From Macrostomum hystrix (taxonomy: Eukaryota > Animalia > Platyhelminthes), in NCBI GenBank assembly GCA_950097015.1, contig CATNEN010000039.1, positions 11,718,001 to 11,782,000 on the forward strand: 64,000 nt of DNA, in the 5' to 3' direction. The notes under the pieces are model-generated. The model saw nothing but the letters and a program-made list of their open reading frames with translations. It was not told the origin of the DNA and did not search any database. A program made the translations under genes and the position numbers. Below, in pieces: positions 49,608-62,858 of the stretch (position 1 is its first letter; each line of letters starts with the position of its first letter).

Positions 49608-50274
49608 AAGAGAAAAAGTTTAAATAAACGCAAGTTTTTGAATCTCTTATTTCTAGGCAGTTATTACGAATTTATAGATCAGCTGATTTATAACTTGTCA
49701 TCGCTATGGGAACGCACATTTAAATCCCCAGCTTTTAAATCCCTCGTGGATCAGTTTCAGCAAATCTGAAAAGTGCAACTTAATCCGCCGGACCTCAAGC
49801 TCAAGCCTTGCACCTGTAGTTTTGCAGCCGGTTAAGATTATAATCTGTGGTCTAAAATAAAATCTGCGGTCGGCTTACCTGTCGATGAAGATATTTTCGC
49901 CCTGCAAGTTTTCTGTCGCTCTTTACTTGGACTCGTCAGCCAACTAATTAGCTATTCTACGAGTACAAGGCGCAGTTAATTATTCACAAATAAATTTTAA
50001 CAGCTCACAGTAGAGATTCAGAGATGGGTTTTTAGGGGCCAGCAGAACTGCTGAAACTGCTGCTTTCGTGGAAACAGGAGAGGGAACTAAATAAACAAGC
50101 TCCCCTTCATGCCAGTGGCGGCACAATGGTACGCACGCATTGGCTCTTGCAGAGTGTGTTTTTCTGTCCACTAATACTAAAACTGGATGGCGGGCTCAAT
50201 GTCCACGTACTCCTGCATCAGGAATCAACAACGGCTTCCAAATTTGCTATCCAAGTGCTTCCAGTGTTTGGATT

Positions 50275-50930
50275 AGAGTGGAGTTGGGAGTGGAGTGGAG
50301 TCAGGAGTGGAGTAGAGTGGAGTAAGGAGTGGAGTGGAGCCAGGAGTGGAGTGGAGTCGGGAGTGGAGTGGTGTCAGGAGTAGAGTGTAGTCAAGAGTGG
50401 AGTGGAGTCGGGAGTGGAGTAGAGTCAGGAGTAGAGTGGAGTAAGGAGTGGAGTAGAGTGGAGTAAGGAGTGGAGTACAGTCAGGAGTGGAGTAGAGTGG
50501 AGTAAGGAGTGGAGTGGAGCCAGGAGTGGTGTGGAGTCGGGAATGGAGTGGAGTACAGTCAGGAGTGGAGTAGAGTGGAGTAAGGAATGGAGTGGAGTCA
50601 GGAGTGGAGTGGAGTCGGGAATGGAGTGGAGTCAGGAGTGGAGTGGAGTCGGGAATGGAGTGGAGTCAGGAGTGGAGTGGAGTCGGGAATGGAGTGGAGT
50701 ACAGTCAGGAGTGGAGTGGAGTGGAGTAAGGAGTGGAGTGGAGCCAGGAGTGGTGTGGAGTCGGGAATGGAGTGGAGTACAGTCAGGAGTGGAGTAGAGT
50801 GGAGTCAGGAGTGGAGTGGAGTCAGGAGTGGAGTGGAGTCAGGAGTGGAGTGGAGTCAGGAGTGGAGTGGAGTCAGGAGTGGAGTGGAGTCAGGAGTGGA
50901 GTGGAGTCAGGAGGGGAGTGGAGTCAGTAG
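50275..50930. repeat. (GGAGT)n-derived satellite
   Basis: Visible. Confidence 0.93.
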
Positions 50931-51534
50931 TAGAGCCTAATGTGCTTGAAGTCAGAGTTCGAACAATTGAAAATTATTTTACCATTCTATTGACATCTCG
51001 CTGTATTTTTAGTTACAGAAAATGTTAAGTAGATAAGTGATGTATTGTGTTGTCGCATCCAGCTCAGAATGGGTCACACACACAATTGTTTGGAGGATGA
51101 CGTAGAACGTCAGCGTTAGGTTAATTAATTTCTGTCTCGAAGGTATTGTCTCAAGCGGGGAAAAACTGATCGGTCAAGCAGTGGGAAACTAAACAGTTAG
51201 AGGGAATATTTTTATGGCCAACTTCCCATTGTTCTGTCTGTTGTCAGCGCTGTTATCCAGTATAACAAATCATGAAGTTTTCTTTGTTTACGGCCGCAAT
51301 AGCTCGTAATCTATCAAAGCTGCTCTATTTAAGACAAAGACACATTGGGGGCCCTCTAAAGCTCCACTGTTTAAATAATGAATTTTTTCTTCATTATCTT
51401 TCTAAAAATCACAATAGATTTGCTTCTCTGTCTACTGTCAGTCAGGCGATGAAAATTCTCGTGAAATTTATTAATTATTTAATTAAAAGGACAAATTTGC
51501 TACCATTTAAGCCAGCTCGACATTTCGAAAAGAA

Positions 51535-51797
51535 TGAGTAGACAGAGTAGACAGAGTAGACAGGGTACACAGACAGGGTAGATAGAGTAGACAGAGTAGA
51601 CAGAGTAGACTAAGTAGACAGAGTAGACAGAGTAGACAGGGTACACAGACAGGGTAGATAGAGTAGACAGAGTAGACAGAGTAGACTGAGTAGACAGAGT
51701 AGACAGAGTAGACAGAGTAGACAGAGTAGACAGAGTAGACAGGGTACACAGACAGGGTAGATAGAGTAGACAGAGTAGACAGAGTAGACAGAGTAGG
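51535..51797. repeat. 9-bp minisatellite (AGTAGACAG)n
   Basis: Visible, with three GGGTACACAGACAGGG interruptions. Confidence 0.93.
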
Positions 51798-52844
51798 GCT
51801 AAGAGAATAGAGAGAGTAGATCAGGTAGAGTGAGTGGTGAGAGTAGGATGAATAGACACAGTGGGCCAAGTAGAGTGGCAGTTAGTGTAGACGTCAAGCA
51901 GTATGTAGGGCAGGTTGGGAAGGGTAGGTCAGTTCAGGATGCTCATTTCAGCCTACTGGATGAGAGCCTGTGGGATGCAGTTATAATGAAGGGGGCGCGC
52001 ACGAGTAATTACCTCTAGCTATCATAATTTGAAGGCAGACGAAGCTACTTGCTACCTCCTCCCGAGAGTCCCCTAGAGACACTCCTTGTGCCAGCTGCTG
52101 CTCAGAGCAGAGCCTGCAGAAATCCCGCTGTCTTGAGACATTCCGCTGAAATATAATATCACACTGTCAGAGCAATGACGCCATTTCTGCCGCTCAGAAT
52201 CACCTTCATTTTCCACTTCTTTTCACTGCATCCGCAACTAATTAATGGACGGGCCCACCCCCCCTGCCAGTAGCATTCAATAGGTTTCCCAGGTCCTCAC
52301 CCTATGCACCTGAATCCTCGCGCAGCTCTGAATAAAAAAGATAGAAAAACGTCTCGACTTTTTCTTTTGCTATTTCAAGCACAAAAGGCTCAGCTCAATC
52401 TTAGAGCAGGGATGGCGCGCGTGATGCTGAGCCACTGTTTATTTAAGATTGAGGAAAAAGCTGGCCAATGAATGAGACTTAAGCTGCCTGTTTGCTTGTT
52501 AGCTCTTACCCTGCTTCTTGTAAGGATACTGAAAGAGCGGACAGGGCAAAGTGATACACTGACTATGGGATCTGCGGGACAAAGCCGAACAGATGGGCAA
52601 CGGGAGCAACAGCTAATCTTCTGAGGTTCCTCTGTCCGTGCTAGGATTTTATTTGAAAAATCTTGCTTTCTTCTTTGTTGGCTTATCATCCTCCTATTCC
52701 TACCCATGTAAGGTGCCTTCCGTGCCTGCCGACTATATTTAGATGCAAATGAATATTTTGAAGATTTTGAAGTGCCCCTTGTACATCTTCATTATTTGCT
52801 TAATTATCTATTTTTCTGCTTTTAGGCGAGCTATGGATGGGTCG

Positions 52845-53005
52845 CGGCGTGAGGTGGCGCTTCTGACGGGACAGAAAAGTAAGAGGAGTGGGTGGTTTGC
52901 GGCGTGAGATGGCGCTTCTGACGGGACAGAAAAGTAAGAGGAGTGGGGTGGTTCGCTGCGTGATGTGGTGCCTCTGACGCGATGGAAAAAGAAGAGGAGT
53001 GGGGT
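52845..53005. repeat. ~55-bp tandem repeat x3 upstream of RasGRF
   Basis: GGCGCTTCTGACGGGACAGAAAAGTAAGAGGAGTGGG units. Confidence 0.8.
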
Positions 53006-53366
53006 GAGTTTCATAAAAACCAACTAGAATTGTAAAAAGGCAAATGATGAGCCTATTCATTTCAAACTCCTAATTTTCTATTTACCGTTTTCTCGTTTTA
53101 TTATTCACATGTATTTTTCTAACTTTCCAAAAGACAGTTCGAATGTTTCAGAGTCACTTGCTCACTTTTTTACTAACCTGTCCTGTTCTTCTATCTTAAA
53201 TCTTACCCCCTTACCCGATCCGTTGCCAGCCAGTGGGAATCGAGCTTCATTTGAGTGCCTGAGCTGCTGCTAGCTTAACAAACAAGAAATGCGGAGCATT
53301 ATTTGCCCAGGAGTTCAGACAGACAGCAGCAAACAGACGCAGTTCTAGTTTCGCAACAGAATCATA

Positions 53367-56300
53367 ATGCAGAAGGCGGTGCGCGTTAACGATTCCCAAC
53401 TGTTGCATCTGGCCAGCCGGGCGCGCCGGAACAATGCGTCGGCAGCCACAATGGTCGGCAACCTGCACAAGCGCAGTCTGGACACGGGCCGCTGGCAGTT
53501 GCGCTACTTTATTCTATACCAGAACCTGCTGTTCTACTATGAGACAGAGCGCAGTGAGCGGCCGTCTGGTGTAGCCCTACTGGAGGGCTCCTATTGTGAC
53601 AAGTTCGCCTCGGTGAAGCTGCCGGACCGGGGCGACAGACAGCAGCTGTCGGTAAGCCCTGGCAAGACGGTAGCCTTCGTGGAGGCTGTCGGGCTTCTGG
53701 TGAGGTGGTGTGCATTTAATGAGGAATTTGTTAGACTTTCTTGTGAAATGCAGTGGTTACTGATGGGGCATTGATTTATGATTGGAAATTGTGACTTGTG
53801 ATTAGAAGTTGTGGTTTCTGGTGATTACAATGTGGTTTCTGGTAAGACATTGTGGTTTCTGTTGAGACATTGTGGTTTCTGGTAAGACGTTGTGGTTTAT
53901 GGCTAGACCTGGTTTCCGGTGAGAATTTGCTATTTTGATGCGACATTCGTATTTTAGGTTTCAACAAAGAATTTTCGTTATGCAACTGGAGCTCCAAGAT
54001 GGGGCAGTGTGGTTTTCGCAGAAACTTCTGGGTTTCCGAGGCATACTTTGAGAAGTTATGTTTCCATGGTTGATAGTGGAGTCCGAAGAACATGAATTGG
54101 GTCACGAAATCGCTGTTTTCCAACCCTTTTTTTGCTTAAAAATGCACTCAGTTTATTTACATCTTGCCTGTTTTTAAGCGGTATAATAATTCCGCACATT
54201 ATTAGGAGAGGAATATCAAAGGCCAGATAAGAATCACGATAATATTCGAGAAAGGCAAATGTCAATGCAAAACAAGCAATCTTCAATTAAATGCATTAGC
54301 TAATTAAAAATAGTTTTGCTTTCAAGCTTTCTCAAGATTGTCAACTTCTTGTCTTCAAATTATCGTATAATTTTATCGATTAAAAGCTGCTTCTTTCGGT
54401 GTAGGACATCGCGGTGACAGACAAACCGCCAGCGTCCGTCATCTAGGACACTTGCAGTGTCTAATCTGTTATTCTTTAGCCTCTTTCTACTGAACTGCTA
54501 AATCTGCACCATTTGTCTCGCAAAAAATCCGCATAGCCAGTTATTAAAGGATACCTTAAACTGAAACATAGCCAAGATTATAGCCAAAAGAAGACCCGAT
54601 AGCCACTTATTTGACTGCCTACAACTGTAAGCTCTGCTCAAACAATGGCACTCACCTCGAAAAAATTTCCTGTTCCCCCAAACCGGCCTAATAGCACTGC
54701 TTCAGCATCTTCTACAAGAAGGACGGCCAGAGGCACTACGACCTGCGCGCCGAGTCAGAGGTCGAGTGCGACGCTTGGGTTGAAGCGATCCGGAATGCCA
54801 GGTTCGCTTGCGCTAGACGTTGGATTTGGGAGGCATCGGTCTTACAATTAGAGAAGTAGATTGAAATGAGCAGGTTACCTCGTCTACCATATTAGAGAAA
54901 GCGACTACATTCTCATAATATGTTTTGACGGAGCTGATAACAGGGAGGTTTAAGTGTAATAACAGCGGGCGAGCGGCTTAGTATGCTAGACTAGCTCACT
55001 TGAACCCCTCATTTCAGTGACTGAGGTGGAAATGGGATATTCCATTAATGATAAAGAAGAATCGACTTATAATCGAGGTTTAAGTAATATATGAAATTTA
55101 AATTATGTGTTAGAAGTCATACTGTCGCTAAGATAATTCACAAATTTGACACAAAAACCAACTTTTTGACGAGTTGCAACGTTTTATTAGTGACTGTCAA
55201 CTTGCTGGGATTAGTCTAAATGAGGGATTTAGTAGTACATGCAGATTAAATCGAAGCGTACAGTTCAAAGCTACAGCTGCTGCGCCCTAATGAGCTCAGA
55301 ATATTTTTACCTATCACTTTCGCGTGCCCCAGCATTAGAAATGAGGGCAAAAGCAACCAAATAACTTGCAGCTACAGCAGACTGCAGGAGCTTAAAGAAG
55401 AGCTGGACCAGAAGCACCAGCATCTGATGCACATCTTGGAGAGCGAGCGCCGGTCTAAATGGAACTATGTGCAGCAGACTGAGGAGCTGGGCGGCGACGT
55501 AAGGAAGCTGAGAATGGAAATCCGCGAAGTGAGCAGCGTCAGCTTTTCGGCTTGTTTATTTTGCATGTTTAAATATAAGTTACCTACTGCGTTAATGATC
55601 ACACCATTAATTATCAAAACTATATTTACAGCTCAAAAGTGCGAGGCGGGGCAATGCCCTGCCTGGCCGCAGCAATTCGTCGCAGTCCTCGGTGGAAGAA
55701 AGCGAAGAACTTCGAAGAAGCAAAAAGGTGAGGAGGCGCGTCATGCTAGGTTTACAGCGTTAGACAGAGTTTATATCTGGTACAGTAAACTTTTTCATCC
55801 TAATTGGAGATTTTTTGTTCCAAAAGCCTGGATTCGGTGAATCGATGTCCAACTCCAACGATTTCAATAAAATTGTTTGCTCCTTCGATAGGGGTGAGTG
55901 GCAGAGCGGTTAACGCATTGGTCTCTCGAACCAAGGTCCTTGAACTCTAATCCGCAGCGATGTCATTTTCATTTAAGGCGCAGCCGTGGAGAGAAAGGTT
56001 GGTTGCTTGTTGTGCAACTTGCGCCTACGAGGGTCAACACCCAACGAACAATAAATATATAAACAATAGATATGCACCCCCATGTGCCCGCTTGTTTTCA
56101 GGAGTCAACGGAGGTTGACCCACAGTGCAAGAGGAAGGAATTGCACCGAGACAGTGATCTGTACATACAACCAGTGGCACAATCGTAGCTTTTTAGCCTC
56201 CAAAAACGGTGCGAATAATATATACAAATAAAAATGAAAGTTGCACGATTTATCAACCTGACTGAAGACACCTTCAAACTGCCTATTACATGGCAAAAGT

Positions 56301-58445
56301 CAAGTATTCTACCCCTAACTAAGGGCCACCTGACACACGAGAAGACTATCGTACCGAATGGAGCGATGAAATGTTGCATTTGACTCGCGAGCAGCTGGAA
56401 ATCAAGCGGTGCGTGAGAGACCGGCGGAAGCGGAGATCAAATTATTCAGGTGGGGCTGCTCGCGCTTCGATAGGGTCGCGGCAATGAGACTTGCGCAGAG
56501 GCTGAGATTTCGAAAGGAGATAAAGGCTGATGTAGAGAAATCGGAAGCTGAATCGCGGAGTGCAACGAATCCGGGGACTCGAGCCGAAGGGGAAAGAGTA
56601 TGGATGAGACACTGTGCGACAAGGGCAGAGGCGCAGACCCAGCAGGTGAAGCGAACGGGATGTCACTGCGGAAGTAAGAAAGAACCGAGCAGGAGAGATG
56701 GCACAGGTGATTAGAGTATTTTTAATACGAGCTAGAAAAGGTATAGAAAAATAATTTTGCTAAAATCATTAATACGAGTATGAAACACAAAAAACGAGAA
56801 TGTAGTGATGAGTTTCTGAAAGTCTCTCATTTTAACGCACCGAGGTCATAATTTTCAAGGGAATGTTTTAGGGCCTTGTCGGTCAGATTACACGCAGGCC
56901 GAAGCTACAAGCTGCGTACTATAATGGCAAAAGCGTCCCAATATTACTCCGGGACTTCCTCAGGCCTCCCAGGTGCAATCATTTTTTCGTGGCTGGCTCT
57001 GTCGCCGCCGCTGGAAGCAGATTGTGGAGATGTACATCAAATCCGAGCACGCCGAGCACATGCGCAAGCGGAATGGCATCGTGTTCGGCCTTGTCGAGTG
57101 CGAGCAGGAGTACGTGCAGCAGATCAGTGTGTTGGTGTCATGCTTTCTGCGGCCCTTCAAAATGGCCGCATCCGCCAGAAAGCCGATTATCTCCCACGAG
57201 GACGTCAATTCGATATTTCTAAATGCGTGAGAGGCGATTTTAAAGGCAATACACAAGCATAATATGCACGGTGCATGCAAAATAAATAATATATTTCTAC
57301 ATTTCCAACGTTTTTAGCGAGACCCTGCTGTTTCTGCACCAGATCTTCCTGCAGGGGTTGAACAGCAAGATGGACAACTGGCCCACCCTGCAGCTGGGCG
57401 ACCTGTTCGATATGCTGCTGCCGATGCTGGCCATCTATCAGGAGTACGTACGCAACCACCACTTTAGCCTGCAGGTGCTGGCCGAGTACAAGCAGAAGCC
57501 TGATTTTGCTGTACTGCTAAAGCGCTACGAAGACAGGCCGGTGTGCGAGGGCCGCAGCTTGGAGACCTTTCTCACCTATCCGATGCACCAGATTCCACGG
57601 TACATCATCACCCTGCACGAGCTGCTGGCCCACACGCCGCACGATCACGTCGATCGTCAGCAGCTGGAGTTTGCGAACAGCAAGCTTCAGAACCTGTCTC
57701 ACGTGATGCACGACGAAGTCTCCGAGACGGAGAACATTCGAAAGAACCTGGCCATCGAGCGGATGATTGTCGAAGGCTGCGACATCCTGCTAGACGTCAA
57801 TCAGATCTTCGTCAGACAGGGCACGCTAACCCAGGTTGCCGGACCTGATCGCCAGCGCATTCGACCCCGGCTCGGCTCCTTCAGCTCCACCTTCGGTAAG
57901 GACTCAAAGAAGGAGGCAGTGCGCCAGGTGTTTCTGTTTACTAACCATCTCATTCTGACTACGCGAGCGTCGAACGGCCGACTTCACCTCGTCAAGGTGA
58001 GTAATTAAAATTTGTCTATCTCATCATCAAGTCTTTACTATCGAAGAATCTCAGGAGAAAAATCTCTCAGGAGCTAAAAAACTAAACAGTCTAAAGCTTA
58101 ACAAGTCCTTGTACCCTGGGGAAATCATTCAGGACTTATTGTTCTCAATCACTGATTGATTTGTCTGATTTTTTCAGTCAAAGAAAATCAACAAGGAGGG
58201 TACTGAAGTATAATCTACTGAAAACATGAACCTGAACATGACACCTGTGCTTATGTGTAGCCATCAATTGAACGACTGGAAGTCTCGTTGTTCAATTTGT
58301 TGAAGTCGCTCGTTAGTGCACTCCTTATTATTTTCATATCTGTTACAGAACAATGGCAAGATTCCGCTGGCGGATTGCACCCTGTCTGAAGACACGAGCT
58401 CCGACTTCTTCTACTACGATGAAGATGAAAATCAGCCACAGCAGC

Positions 58446-58490
<45 letters not shown>

Positions 58491-58576
58491 CGCAACAGCA
58501 ACAGCAGCAGTCGCAGCAGCAGAGCTCCGGTTTGCTTACCGTAGGAACACCACCAAAGGGTCAGCAGTTGCAGTCA

Positions 58577-58607
<31 letters not shown>

Positions 58608-61600
58608 CAGACTATGGTGGATTAGATTTTCGTCTGGTCCTAGACGTGAAATCAGGCCCACCAGTTGTGATAACTCTGGTGGCGATGTCCGCACAAGAGA
58701 AGGCCGCATGGTGCTCAGACATCAACCAGGTATTCAATTGATAAATTCACAATCTTCTTCCATATTTCATAATTACTGAGTGAATAATGCCCCTCCACAT
58801 GGCAGTGCATCGAGCAGATTCACTACAGCGACCTGCTGAACAGCTCTTTAGCCGAAATCAGTTCAGTCTGCATGCCGCACACGATTCGGTAAGGAATTTG
58901 AGCGCGTTTTAATTTTTCTATGAATAATAAATGCGCAGAAATAAAACATAAGTCAGATGTGCAGCCACTGTCACAGACGCTGCTATACAGCGCACACAGG
59001 TATCCAGTACATGGACCATATAGGCTGCGACACCTTCCCAAATTTCTAATCTAGCAAATGCTGGCTTACATTTTTTCAGCCAAATGAACTTATTAACTTA
59101 ATATTAACTTAGTTATCAATCTCAGACGGAATAAAACATGGAATAGTTGTTAAGAGCTCATTTTTTCCTGGCACTCAAGGTCCGATCCGAAACTCTTTCG
59201 CGATGATGTCGACATAAAATTCAGTCGAACGCTAAATTCCTGCAAGGTGCCACAGGTAAGTGAAATCGGCAGCAGCAAATATTTTTTGCGTGTTTTTGAG
59301 AAATTTCGCATTAATCACTCGTACTTTTTTATTTCTGGCGCAGATTCGGCATGCCTCCGTCGATCGACTTTTGGACCGGCTGACTGATCTCCGTTTTCTC
59401 AGCATCGACTTTCTAAACACATTCTTGTTGACATATCGCATCTTCACCAAGTCTGAGACTGTCATTCAGGCGCTCAGACAAGTACTAGCGAACCCAGAAT
59501 GCGGCAATCTCGACCCCAGGCCAAGTTTCAGCGGGCAGGGGTAAATAGAGCTCCAATTAACCTGATTATAAATTTTAATTTTTTAATATTACCTGCCGTA
59601 CGTGTATTTCAGGATTTCAGTGCCGTAAAATAAACACTATTCGTCTAGTCGTTACTGGCTCTTTTGCTAGAGCAAAAGTAAACGTAGTTTACTACGTTTG
59701 CTATAATTATAATTATTTATATCAGTATCGCTTCAATAGTAAACGTAGAGAGTCTTAAAAAATAGTCACAGCACACACATTTCGGCGACTTCTCTTGCTC
59801 TTCAAGGTCCAACGACGTCGAGAGCGGCGGCAATTTTCTCACCGTCTATGGAGGAGTCGCAGCAGCAGCGGCGGCCAAGGGTGCCGCCAGCGGCGCTGGA
59901 ATCGGTGGCGGTGCCGCCAGCAGCTACCTTCACGTGAACCCGCTGTCCGACAAGAGTCGAAGAATTAGCACTGGCATGGTACGGATGGAGGTCGGAGGTG
60001 GCGGCAGCGGCGCCTACCGCACAGGCAGCTTGGATGCAAGCATGTCTGCAACGCTAAGACCAACGTCGCCGCCACCTGCGGATAAGCCATCGTTGGCTCT
60101 GAAGTCGGCTCAGCAGTCTATGCTAACGTCAGGCACTGGACAGCTGGGCGAAGGTTTGCAGGAACTATCAGAAGTGGCGGAGCATCGACGTCAAATGATG
60201 CGGCAGGAGCAGTATACGGGACGCAGCTGGTCTGAAGACGAGAAAGAGCTCCAGGTAGAAAGGGATCAGCCCTGTTTGCATCAACAGCAGCAGCAGCCAC
60301 AGCAGCATCTTTACCAGCGGCAATATACCAGACGCCCGAATCGGCCGTCACATTTGGAGGCTGCAGCAGCCGCCGCAGCTACGGCCGCAGCGGCCGCTGT
60401 CGCTGCCTCAGCTGCTGCTACCGCGGCAGCTGCAGTGGCGAGTTCACCACGTAGGGCTACTTCGCCAACAGTCCTCGCGGCCATCTCACCGATTTCGCAC
60501 AGTGCCAGCTCGCCAACCGTTGCGCCGCACATGCTAACTGCCACTGCAGATGCTGGCACTAGAAATGTCAGCTTCCTGAGCCCAGCCGGTGGAGGCAGCA
60601 GCATTTTCTCGCCTCGAGGTTCCATGGCGTCGTCTCGTGAGTCTATACAATGGAATAAGGTGGCCAAGATATAAGCCACAAGAAACGCAATTAAAAGCTC
60701 GATTAAATTTGATTTCAGTTGGCTCCAAGCGTCCATCTAACGTCGATTCTAGTGACCTGCCTGGCCCACCTGCAGTCACCGCCGCAGCAGCCGTTGGGCC
60801 GCCACCGTGCAAAGCCGGCGCAGTTGTCACATCGTCTCGAGCGGTTGGTCGACGCTCCAGCAACACTGCCGCAGCCTTGGCCTTCGCCGTGGCCACTGCT
60901 GGAGCAGCTGTCACTACAACAGTAACAACGATACAATCGACTTCTACGATGACATCAACGCGGCGTGGTGCTGCGACATCGCAGTTGCAGCATCGACCAA
61001 GCGACGCAGCCGTGTCAGCCGCCGCCAGCAATAGCAACAGCATGCTGATGAAGCGACTCAGCATTATTTGCACTGCGGCCACCATGCGAGTGCTCAATGT
61101 ACTGCGCCACTGGGTGTACAAGTTTGGCGAGGATGTTGAGACCGATCTGAATCTTCGACATCAGATGACTCAGCTGCTTGAAGACCTGGTTTGTACCGAA
61201 ACGATATACTCGTATTTAATACTGATTGAAGGTGCTAGCTCGTACTACAGTATAATGGACTATTTTAATAAACAATTTCGATGCACAACTGATATGATCC
61301 TCGCTGCGGTTCGCTACTCACATGACACTCCTACAGGTGTGCAACCAGAGTCTATTCCCGCCGGATCACAAAGCGGCCGTTCAGATGCTGATGCTGCTGC
61401 GCGAAGGTGGCCTAGTCGACAATCCTGTGGACATTGACAGCATACTGACGCCAAGTGGCGGTGCCACTGGTGGCGGTGGCGATGGCAGCAGCTGCTTCGA
61501 CAGACTTTCAGCACTGGACATTGCCGAGCAAATGACCTACATTGATCATCAGCTGTTCCGGGCCATGACTTCTACGTGAGTCTTTCATCTATATTTGCTC

Positions 61601-62858
61601 AGTTCGAAAAAAATGTTCTAAAATAGGAACCTAGCTTTCAGATTTATAACGCTATCGATATCACATGTTCGTAATGAGACAAAAGCTTCACTTTTCTCTG
61701 TGATCCCGCTCAGCGATATCATCATGCAGACTTCAATGCGCAAGAGCGCTAAAGACAAGTCGGCCTCAACGGTGCTTCGCATTAGCCGTCGCTTCAACGA
61801 GGTGAGCTACCTGGTCATCACTGAGATCGTCAGCCGCACGGACATCACGGATCGCATCGCCTGTATCGAAAAGTGGGCCGCCATAGCCGACATCTGTCGC
61901 TGTCTGCGCAACTACAATGGCGTACTCCAGATCTGCGCGGCGTTTGTTAACTCGGCAGTTTTCCGACTCAAGCGCACCTGGGATCGGTTGAGCAAAACAA
62001 CCAGACTCATGATCGATCGTCTACAGCAGCTCGTGTCTTCAGACGGTCGCTTCAGAAACATGCGAGCGGCCCTTCATACGTACGATAAAAGTATTTTTTT
62101 ATTGAAATCCAAGACCGAACGCTTTGCCTTGTTATAAAAACTCGTGTTCTTTGTTCAATTAATGCAGGTGTGACCCACCCTGCATTCCCTACCTGGGCAT
62201 GTATCTAACTGACCTTTCCTTCATCGAGGAGGGCACGTCTAACATCACAGAGGAGGGCCTGGTCAACTTTTGCAAGATGCGAATGGTATTTTCAAATTTG
62301 AGAATATTTATGAGGCAGTTAAGTGTGACTGGAAACATTGTAGTACACATAAAGACTTCAATATTTTCAGATCGCTCACGTCATCCGTGAGATTCAGCAG
62401 TACCAGCAGACACCGTATCGGATCGAGTACAATGCTGTGGTGAGCGAGACGTTGACGACTCTCGACTTTTTAAATTCCTTGGAGACGGTTCTGAAGTGAG
62501 GGTTGCCATGCGATCCTCGTGCCATGCGAAGGTGTTCCCCGTGAGGTGTTCCCCGTGAGGTGTTCCCCGTGAGGTGTTCCCCATGAGGTGTTCCCCGTGA
62601 GGTGTTCCCCGTGAGGTGTTCCCCATGAGGTGCACCGCTTATGATGTTCCCTGTGAGGTTTTTACCCTAGAGGATCTCCGTGATTCATTGCCGTGTTTCT
62701 AAGACCTAAAAAATGCCTCCAAGGCCTGCAACTACCTGCTGGACACAAGTCGCAGTCTGGACGACGAAGGCGCCTACGCCGCCTCGCTCCTGCTGGAGCC
62801 CAGGGCGTCCATTTGTCCGGAGTATACTGGCACCACCGGGAGATCCACAACAAAATGA
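53367..62858 (+). CDS. RASGRF: Ras-specific guanine nucleotide-releasing factor (PH-CC-IQ-DH-PH-REM-CDC25), ~1513 aa, 17 exons
   Basis: Exons 53367-53651, 54695-54801, 55372-55528, 55632-55727, 56973-57226, 57318-57996, 58349-58729, 58806-58888, 59180-59255, 59344-59540, 59807-60636, 60719-61188, 61337-61575, 61714-62079, 62168-62285, 62371-62439, 62724-62858, all phase-consistent. Motifs: [93 protein letters not shown]25 [20 protein letters not shown] near 62925. Confidence 0.95.
55891..56045 (+). mobile_element. SINE family A, 5' fragment in RasGRF intron 4
   Basis: GTGGCAGAGCGGTTAACGCATTGGTCTCTCGAACCAAGGTCC...GGCGCAGCCGTGGAGAGAAAGG. Confidence 0.75.
62531..62660. repeat. 14-bp minisatellite (GGTGTTCCCCGTGA)n in RasGRF last intron
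   Basis: About 7 copies plus a degenerate one. Confidence 0.9.

Noticed and set aside
56409-56714. ORF in RasGRF intron 4 as an extra exon
   Set aside because: Exons 4 and 5 join in phase into the conserved KK|[10 protein letters not shown] motif; no homology recognised.
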